From sequence record SRR31156797_6782: a stretch of DNA of 33,778 bases; one strand, given 5' to 3'. Positions 26,537-33,778 of the stretch are shown in pieces (positions within the stretch are counted from its first letter, which is position 1; every line of letters begins with the position of its first letter). Both the position numbers and the translations under genes were made by a program. The notes below the pieces were generated by a model. It was not told where the DNA came from. It saw only the letters and a program-made list of their open reading frames with translations, and made no database searches.

Positions 26537-27221
26537 GTTTTATAAATTTGCTTTTCATGATTTAAAACTACTTTTAGTAAGTCTATTACAATTCTTATTT
26601 GCATAATACTCTTAAAAATAGTTCTTAAACACAATTAGGTTTATTGATTAAATTAATTTGAATGAAAGATATGTTTTTTAGTTGTTCCACTAATCAATAG
26701 TTTGCCGAACGGTTTGAATTTATAGATTAACGAACAAAATGAACGGTGGAGTACAATGTATAACCCTATGCTAAATAAAGACATATAAAATACTTAAATA
26801 GAATTTTAAAATTTATGTTACCATTATTCTATTACACTTTTATTATTTTCTACCACATTATTTATTAATAAATTGAATAAAGCAACATTTCTTCAATTTG
26901 CTTTAAAACAACAAATACAAGCTTTTTATAAAAACATTCCTTAAATTGGGTAAATATCAAGTGAATTTTATTTTTATTTCCAGACAATAATAAAGTGAGC
27001 TCGCATAGACCACCTGTTGACGAACAAATAATATTTAGTGACTAGCTGTCAATTTTTATTAATTAAAATCACAAATAGGAAACATTAATTGAAAATATAC
27101 GTTCAAAACAGAGAACTAACACAACATTTAATACACACACGCTGACAGCCTTATTTTTTTAAGGTATTCCTAGAACAACAGCCAGGTAACATTAAACTAA
27201 AAATCTAAAAATTATTTAATT

Positions 27222-29453
27222 ATGAAAAAGAAGGTTTTTTGGTTATTCTGTGGTTTATTGGTTTGTTCGTTTGGACATATTAAATCATCCAACAAATCAG
27301 TCAAGAATAATAACGATAAAGAAATAATTTCTTTATCAGGGGACAGTTATGAAAACACTAATCCTTCAAGTTTAAAAGCAGCACAAGCAAATGAAGATTC
27401 TGATATCCAGAGCACATTAATAGCCAGTGATGGTCGAAATGATGACATTCGACCAATGGCTGCCGGTGTTTACGATAAAGAAAGTAATAAAACCTATGCC
27501 GTCTACATGAATATGACAGGTGCAGGGGATGCTTATGTAATGACCTGTGACCATAACAACAACAACACATGGGATAAAGGGTATACTGCTGGTGTAGGAA
27601 CTCAAGATGACAAACACAATTATCCGCAAATTGTTTTACCGGATGATGGCAGACCTGTAATTATATTTGGTGCTCATAATATCCCTTTAAAAATTGCAAA
27701 AATGGATACTGCTGGAGATCCGAGCTCATGGACAACCAGAACTTTAGCTAAGGCTGATGATGGATCTTACCCAATGCCCATAAAATCACGCAACGGTGAT
27801 ATTTATGTTTTTTACCGCGTAACCGTTTCAAATGTGGTTAGGCCAATGTATTATATTAAAAGTACTGACAATGGTGTAACTTGGAGTGACCCGATACTAG
27901 CAATAGAAAGAGTTGTTGATGTAGAAGGCTTTAGAGAAATATATGTGGGTATGATAACTGAAGAGCCATATAGATACGGTGTAAACCAAAGATTTCATTT
28001 TGCATGGACACTTGCCGGAGCCAGTATACCTGCAGGAAATCACGATTGGGCACGAGAAGGGTTATATCATGCCTATTTTGAACCAGCTACAGACACCTAT
28101 TACGCTGCTGACGGAACCTCACTAGGATCTTCTATTGACGAGAACGACATGGATAAATATTGTGAAATTGTTGCACCTCAAAGAGACCCATTACGAGAAG
28201 GATATATGGGATATGATCCCAAACTTGCTGTTAGTGAGAATGGCGATATTTTAGTTTGGGAATTTCATGATGACGGTAGTTGGGAAGATGTAGTTCATTA
28301 TTTTAATGGTTCATCCTGGCAAATTCAGGCAGGAAGTGGCTTATCTGTATACCCTAAAGGCATCGATTATTTTAACGGAAAGCATTATTTTATTGGTAAT
28401 TCAAGGAATAATAATTTCCAGGGAACTTCTGATAACGGCCAAAACTTTAACACAGACTTTAGATATAATATGGTAGGTGCTCAATCAGGTGTTCCTACTA
28501 TAACTATACCCATTCGGGAAGGACATCCTTCTGCCAGAATCTGGTCAAAAGAAACAACCGGGGAACCTACTAACGTTTGGATAGGTTCATTTACTGGTAG
28601 CGGAGTTGGAATTCCTGCATCGCTAAAAGCGGGTACTACAAAAGCAACCATAAACGAAGGTGAAATTACAACTATTAATGTATATGTTTGTGATAATGTA
28701 GGTGGAGGGTATGGAAGAATTACCGATGCAACCAATGATGTTACGTTAGAAGTTGTATCCGGAAATGCTCAAATAACATCCGGAAATACAACCGCAGCCC
28801 AAGGAGGAAAAGCTTCATTTTCAATTAAAGGAGGAAGTTCTAATACTGTTTTTAGAGCGACATCTTCAGGATTAGAGTCAACCTATATTAATATCTATAG
28901 CAACTCAAACTCCACTTCAAATCCTCAGTTGGAAATCCTGTCTTACTCAACAGCAATGGTGACAGATGTATTTAAAGCTGACTTTTTCTCTCCTTCAGCG
29001 ACAAATATCTCTGCACAAATAGTAAATAGTGCAGATCAAGTGGTTGCTGAACAAACGGTTCAGGCTGCAGTAGGAAATGATAACAGCGTAAGTTTTGATG
29101 TCTCTACGCTTGCTGGAGGAGATTATACTTTACAATTATCTGACAACTCTTCTATAGTTAGCTGTGGATTTAGTAAGAAAGAATTATTCAAGGATATTGT
29201 TCTAAATAAATCATTCCCTAATCCAACTCCTGACTTATTTGCTATAGAAATTACCTGTTCCAAAAATATGCCTTTACCTATTGCTGTTTATGATGAATTT
29301 AATCAAATCGTAATGGAAGAGGAATACTTTGTTGTAAATGGTATTAATAAAGTCGTGTTGGATTTATCGAACTTGCCTTCAGGATTATACAAAATAACTC
29401 TTAACTATGCAACTTCTAATGAGATTACTACTGAAGTAACTAAAATTGAATAA
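27222..29453 (+). CDS. T9SS-secreted BNR/Asp-box beta-propeller protein with an Ig-like domain and C-terminal sorting domain(s)
   Basis: Signal peptide; DDKHNYP, SYPMP and the Asp-box STDNGVTW; an Ig-like segment; C-terminal FPNP...DLSNLPSGLY...K. Confidence 0.8.
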   Translation: MKKKVFWLFCGLLVCSFGHIKSSNKSVKNNNDKEIISLSGDSYENTNPSSLKAAQANEDSDIQSTLIASDGRNDDIRPMAAGVYDKESNKTYAVYMNMTGAGDAYVMTCDHNNNNTWDKGYTAGVGTQDDKHNYPQIVLPDDGRPVIIFGAHNIPLKIAKMDTAGDPSSWTTRTLAKADDGSYPMPIKSRNGDIYVFYRVTVSNVVRPMYYIKSTDNGVTWSDPILAIERVVDVEGFREIYVGMITEEPYRYGVNQRFHFAWTLAGASIPAGNHDWAREGLYHAYFEPATDTYYAADGTSLGSSIDENDMDKYCEIVAPQRDPLREGYMGYDPKLAVSENGDILVWEFHDDGSWEDVVHYFNGSSWQIQAGSGLSVYPKGIDYFNGKHYFIGNSRNNNFQGTSDNGQNFNTDFRYNMVGAQSGVPTITIPIREGHPSARIWSKETTGEPTNVWIGSFTGSGVGIPASLKAGTTKATINEGEITTINVYVCDNVGGGYGRITDATNDVTLEVVSGNAQITSGNTTAAQGGKASFSIKGGSSNTVFRATSSGLESTYINIYSNSNSTSNPQLEILSYSTAMVTDVFKADFFSPSATNISAQIVNSADQVVAEQTVQAAVGNDNSVSFDVSTLAGGDYTLQLSDNSSIVSCGFSKKELFKDIVLNKSFPNPTPDLFAIEITCSKNMPLPIAVYDEFNQIVMEEEYFVVNGINKVVLDLSNLPSGLYKITLNYATSNEITTEVTKIE

Positions 29454-29467
29454 TACACTATAATCAT

Positions 29468-29504
29468 AAAAAAAGCCTTAATTCTGAGAATTAAGGCTTT
29501 TTTT
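29468..29504. terminator. Bidirectional intrinsic terminator
   Basis: Perfect inverted repeat aaaaaaagccttaattc-tga-gaattaaggcttttttt. Confidence 0.92.
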
Positions 29505-29520
29505 ATGTGCTTATTGGTAA

Positions 29521-30777
29521 TTATTTATTTACAATTAACTTATTTGAGTATACTTTTGATCCATAAGTAACAACTGAGATAAACAATCCTGACTTATTAA
29601 TTACGGAGTTCATATCAAACTTCATTTCTGAACTTAAATCAGATCCATTTACAATAGAGCTATATATCTCCCTTCCAGTTAAATCAATTATTGACAACTT
29701 TGCGTCACCAATTATTTCTGTCGGTGATGAAATTAATTTCAAACATAACTCACAAGAATTTTGATTATAATAGGTAACAAATTCAGCTCCTTCCTTTACA
29801 TCCTTTAAGTTTGTAGTAAAATCCAAACTATTAATCCATGTTTCGCACTGTGCTGGCCATTGTGCAAATTCAGTATCAGATTCCTGAATCCTACAGATAC
29901 CAATACCATGTCTACCATCACCATACAAATGTATTTCAGAACTTACTCCTGCATCTATACATGCCTGGTTATAACGCACACTATTATCACTATCTACTGA
30001 ACCATCGCTTTCTGCAGTTCCCATAAAAGCAGGCGGACAATTACTATCCACATGCATATAAGTTGAAAATTCATTAATTAATTCCGTTGTAACGCTACCT
30101 AACAAATTACTGCGCGCTCCATCATGTGTAATATCATCTTCCATGCTAATTAAGGCATACATCATAACTACAAAATCAGGACGCGCACTTACATCATCAA
30201 TCTGATCAATACGTGAATAAACACTCTTATCATACATAGTAGCCAAAGATGAAGCAACATGTCCACCTGCAGAAAAACCCATAATCCCAATCTTATTAGA
30301 TGCCAATCCCCATGTTGTAGCATTATATCTGATTGTTCTTACTGCTCTTTGTGCATCCTGTAAAGGAACATCTTGCTGGTTGTCATGACCATCCTCTGGC
30401 AATCTGTATTTTAAGACAAAGGCAGTAATTCCAATAGTATTTAGCCATTCTGCAACATCAGTCCCTTCTACATCATAAGAAAGATCTGAATAACCTCCTC
30501 CCGGACAAATGATTACTGAAATTCCGTTTGGTGTTTCAGGAACAAACGGTACAATTTCGGTTTCTGTAACATTCGTAACTTTTCTGTCTAATGAACAGCT
30601 ATAAGTAGGAGTTCTTGAGTTTAAACCCTCTGTTATACTTAGACTTTCTGAACCAGGACCTGGCCCTCCCCAAATTTTAATCGGATCTGTTGGCGTAGCC
30701 GCCCAAAGCCAATTATTCATTGCTAAAAATGCAATAATAATAGCCAATGTTTTAAGTTGTGCTTGTTGATTCTTCAT
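29521..30777 (-). CDS. Secreted alpha/beta-hydrolase (carbohydrate acetyl/feruloyl esterase-like) with a T9SS C-terminal domain
   Basis: PGGGY, LKYRLP, GFSAGGH, RPDF, DGSV and HGIG motifs; C-terminal IIDLTGR...SGLFI...SNKLIVNK. Confidence 0.88.
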   Translation of the reverse strand: MKNQQAQLKTLAIIIAFLAMNNWLWAATPTDPIKIWGGPGPGSESLSITEGLNSRTPTYSCSLDRKVTNVTETEIVPFVPETPNGISVIICPGGGYSDLSYDVEGTDVAEWLNTIGITAFVLKYRLPEDGHDNQQDVPLQDAQRAVRTIRYNATTWGLASNKIGIMGFSAGGHVASSLATMYDKSVYSRIDQIDDVSARPDFVVMMYALISMEDDITHDGARSNLLGSVTTELINEFSTYMHVDSNCPPAFMGTAESDGSVDSDNSVRYNQACIDAGVSSEIHLYGDGRHGIGICRIQESDTEFAQWPAQCETWINSLDFTTNLKDVKEGAEFVTYYNQNSCELCLKLISSPTEIIGDAKLSIIDLTGREIYSSIVNGSDLSSEMKFDMNSVINKSGLFISVVTYGSKVYSNKLIVNK

Positions 30778-30918
30778 ATCACTTGTTAGTTTTGAGTTTT
30801 AATATTGATTTATACCTTAAGATGTATAGAGAACAGCGAATGTAAGTATATGTTTAGCTTTATAAAAAAATGACACTTAAGTTAAGGTTTTATATTGGAT
30901 TATAACAATATTCTATGA

Positions 30919-32475
30919 CTAAAACAACTTAATTGCATTTACTTTTTTAATTACTTTTCTAATCATTTTAGTTGATTTATTAGATGTGCCCATTTTTTCT
31001 AATAATCCTAAATCATATGCCGTAAAGGGATGAAACTTAACAATAGAGAAAAAAGTCAGCGGAAAATAAACTAATGTACCTAATACTAGCACCCAAATAT
31101 TCTGAACATAATAACCGAGCAAAAAGAAAGGCAGATTAATTCCTAAAAATATAAATAGGTAATTTTTATATTGCGAAAGCCTGTATTTTATAACCACTTT
31201 TCGTTTTAGGAGAATGAGTATAAAAACATTCTTAGAAAAGTCACCTGCCAAGGTTGCCAATGCTACCCCAACTATTCCATAATATTTCATTGCTAAAATA
31301 CCGGCAGTTATACTAAAAACAACAATAATCTTGCTAATTAACGCAATATCCATCCGCTCCTTTAACTGCATTACTAATGCAACCGGAAAAAAGAAGGCAT
31401 AATATATATTTGATAATAAGACCAATACACAAACCAAATACGCACTAATATATTTAGGATCGAAAACAAACAGGATTAATGACTTACCAAAAACAATAAA
31501 ATACAATACAGGTATGATATAGACAGGCATCATACATTTAATCATAAAATTATACACATTATGAAATTCATCCTCATCGTAATCACTGGTAAATTTCTGA
31601 AAGAATAAAGGACGAACAACAGTCATAAATTCCTTAAATGGCAACAACTTAAATATTAAATCGTAGACCTTTGTTGCAAATGCATACATTCCTACATTAT
31701 GCAAATTCGACATGGATGAAATAATAAAGTAATCAGATGTTTTTCCTACGACTCCTGCTCCAAGTTCGTTTAATGAAGAAAATAATCCATACTTAAATAC
31801 CCTCTTTCTATCCACATGTTCTCCTGATACATTTTCAGTTTTCGCCTTTATGGAATGAATGAACTTATTTAGAATGACAACTCCCGGAACGATATACAAA
31901 AATGATGTAATAGCTTCAATAAGTAGAAGAATATTCACATTAAGCTGTCCTAAAAGTGCAATTAATAAAATAGAACGAACTAAAGAGCTAAACAACAAAA
32001 ACATGGTTGTTTGCTTATGCAAAAGAGACGATGTCAAAATAGAAGTCATGGATTGCCTTAGTACCATCAGAAGAATGTAGGCAAATAACGCATAGCGATA
32101 AGAATCAAAATCAGGTATATTCAAAAAACCGGATAGGTCTTTACTAAACCCTAATATTAAAACTGTAATTATAGATATACTAACAAATATAAGCGATAAC
32201 CCTATCAGTATTAACTTAGATAGTTTTTTACTTTCATTATTCGAAACTAACTCAGGTATATAACGATTAAAAACACTACTTATGGGAGAAAGCGAAAACA
32301 CATTGTACAAGACTATGAACTTTAGTAATAAATTATAAGTTCCATACATATCAATTTCCAGCTTTTTTAAAACCAGTATGGCAGTTATAAATGCCAGAAC
32401 CTGAGTTCCAATTTTACCGATATAAATCCAGGCTGTATTTTTAGTAAGTGTACTAACTCGTGAGTCTTGTGTCAT
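30919..32475 (-). CDS. wzx: Oligosaccharide flippase (Wzx / MOP family)
   Basis: LTKNTAW N-terminus, L...YG.Y and VGMYAFA motifs, about 14 hydrophobic segments. Confidence 0.85.
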   Translation of the reverse strand: MTQDSRVSTLTKNTAWIYIGKIGTQVLAFITAILVLKKLEIDMYGTYNLLLKFIVLYNVFSLSPISSVFNRYIPELVSNNESKKLSKLILIGLSLIFVSISIITVLILGFSKDLSGFLNIPDFDSYRYALFAYILLMVLRQSMTSILTSSLLHKQTTMFLLFSSLVRSILLIALLGQLNVNILLLIEAITSFLYIVPGVVILNKFIHSIKAKTENVSGEHVDRKRVFKYGLFSSLNELGAGVVGKTSDYFIISSMSNLHNVGMYAFATKVYDLIFKLLPFKEFMTVVRPLFFQKFTSDYDEDEFHNVYNFMIKCMMPVYIIPVLYFIVFGKSLILFVFDPKYISAYLVCVLVLLSNIYYAFFFPVALVMQLKERMDIALISKIIVVFSITAGILAMKYYGIVGVALATLAGDFSKNVFILILLKRKVVIKYRLSQYKNYLFIFLGINLPFFLLGYYVQNIWVLVLGTLVYFPLTFFSIVKFHPFTAYDLGLLEKMGTSNKSTKMIRKVIKKVNAIKLF

Positions 32476-32800
32476 TGTATAATGTGAAAATTCTGACTAA
32501 AAGTAGAGTATATTCAAAGAATAACCAATATGTGGTATTCTATCATGTTACATACTACTCTATTTTTTTGACGGGTTGATCAATAATTCGGATCACCGTT
32601 AAAATACCTTTATCAAATTGAATAAATAACTCATCTAAACCTTTATAATTAATAGGATTAAAATAATTAGATTTAAAACATAAGACTTTTAATTATTGTT
32701 ATCTTTTTACCAAAAGTATAGATCTAATAAAAAATAGTTTTATACGTTTAATATTAAGCTATATTGCAATAATTGAACACTTAACTAAATTCAATCAAAC

Positions 32801-33655
32801 ATGAAGTCAACTACGCATTTATTTTTATTTCTCATTATTATTTTTTTAACTTCTTGTAGTACTAACGATAGCAAAACTAACTCTATGAAGCCAGTAAAAG
32901 TAATTTTTCTCCACCACAGCACTGGACAAAGAATTTGGCAAGGCGATATGTCTTCTCTAACTGCAAAATTTAAAAAGAAAGTACTTAAGAAATCAGCCCT
33001 TGATATTTGGATGGATGACTACAATAAGTCTAACAGCACTAACTATCAGATAAAGGAACAAGCCTTTCCTAAACGAGAACCATATGGATGGAACAACTAT
33101 CCTTATGACTACTACAATATATGGATTAAAAACGCAGGTGATAAACCTTTCTTGGAAGAACCAACTTTAGAGATTCTCACTAAGGATTATAACGTAATTG
33201 TTTGGAAACATTGCTACCCTGTGAGTGATATAAAAGAGGATATTGGAATTCCGGATATTGACTCTGAAGAGAAACGAATTGAAAATTACAAACTTCAGTA
33301 CAATGCGCTAAAAGAAAAAATGCATCAATTTCCCGATACTAAATTTGTGATATGGACAGGAGCCGCATTACTCCAAACCAGAACATCGGAAGACAATGCA
33401 AAAAGAGCTAAAGAGTTTTTTAACTGGGTAACCAACGAATGGAATGAAGAAGGAGACAATATCTATATTTGGGATTTTAGAGAATTAGAAACCGAAGGTG
33501 ATATTTATTTAAAGCCTGCGTATGCTTCCGGAGAAAAGGATAATCATCCTAATAATAACTTTTCAGGAAAGGTGCTACCTCTTTTCACTAATCGGTTAGT
33601 TGATATTATTGAAAACGACGGATCAAAAACCAACATTAAAGGAGAAAAATTATAG
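32801..33655 (+). CDS. Hypothetical lipoprotein, possible SGNH-like hydrolase
   Basis: Lipobox LTSC; beta-strand followed by FLHHSTG near the N-terminus; C-terminal DNHPN. Confidence 0.6.
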   Translation: MKSTTHLFLFLIIIFLTSCSTNDSKTNSMKPVKVIFLHHSTGQRIWQGDMSSLTAKFKKKVLKKSALDIWMDDYNKSNSTNYQIKEQAFPKREPYGWNNYPYDYYNIWIKNAGDKPFLEEPTLEILTKDYNVIVWKHCYPVSDIKEDIGIPDIDSEEKRIENYKLQYNALKEKMHQFPDTKFVIWTGAALLQTRTSEDNAKRAKEFFNWVTNEWNEEGDNIYIWDFRELETEGDIYLKPAYASGEKDNHPNNNFSGKVLPLFTNRLVDIIENDGSKTNIKGEKL

Positions 33656-33679
33656 TCCAAGAATTTTATCGAACAACAT

Positions 33680-33710
33680 AAAAGTCCTCTGTATTGGAGG
33701 ACTTTTTTTT
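33680..33710 (+). terminator. Intrinsic terminator
   Basis: Stem aaaagtcctc / gaggactttt followed by a T-tract. Confidence 0.85.
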
Positions 33711-33778
33711 ATTGCCTGTTATTTTAACCCGTAATATGCATTAAAAAGTCTATTACGCATTAGAATTGCTTCAAAACA

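Noticed and set aside
27133-27140. (AC)4 microsatellite upstream of the BNR gene
   Set aside because: Too short to suggest phase variation; expected by chance.
3928-32080. Short (60-95 aa) ORFs overlapping long genes (e.g. 3928-4119, 4981-5172, 5298-5483, 7070-7306, 11020-11283, 18232-18519, 21645-21893, 28481-28735, 31859-32080)
   Set aside because: They are antisense or out-of-frame shadows of well-supported genes, with no recognisable motifs.

Overview
AT-rich chromosomal window from a Bacteroidota bacterium, probably a marine Marinilabiliales/Marinifilaceae-like lineage (inferred from TamL, PorT, T9SS C-terminal domains and TAnnTTTG promoters). Left end (1-2770) is accessory DNA: a truncated isochorismatase-family gene, an attC-like hairpin, a beta-propeller gene, and a non-coding array of 25 degenerate units spaced 21/22 bp apart, with two alternating unit types and an exact 85-bp higher-order period. 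This array is the most unusual feature. The middle (2775-20189) is mostly core genes: GH28, two divergent class II aldolases, tamL, trmH, a FAD oxidoreductase, a multi-PAS histidine kinase, porT, ubiE/menG, a TlpA, a catalytically divergent PurL-like gene and an SDR. The right part (20256-33710) looks like the edge of a surface-polysaccharide locus: a phosphoglycosyltransferase with a methyltransferase-like N-terminus, an ACP-AsnB-NadE-like-AMP-ligase cassette, two T9SS-secreted enzymes, a Wzx flippase and an SGNH-like lipoprotein. I found no rRNA, tRNA, transposase, integrase or CRISPR-Cas genes. All family calls come from motif recognition by eye, not from database searches.
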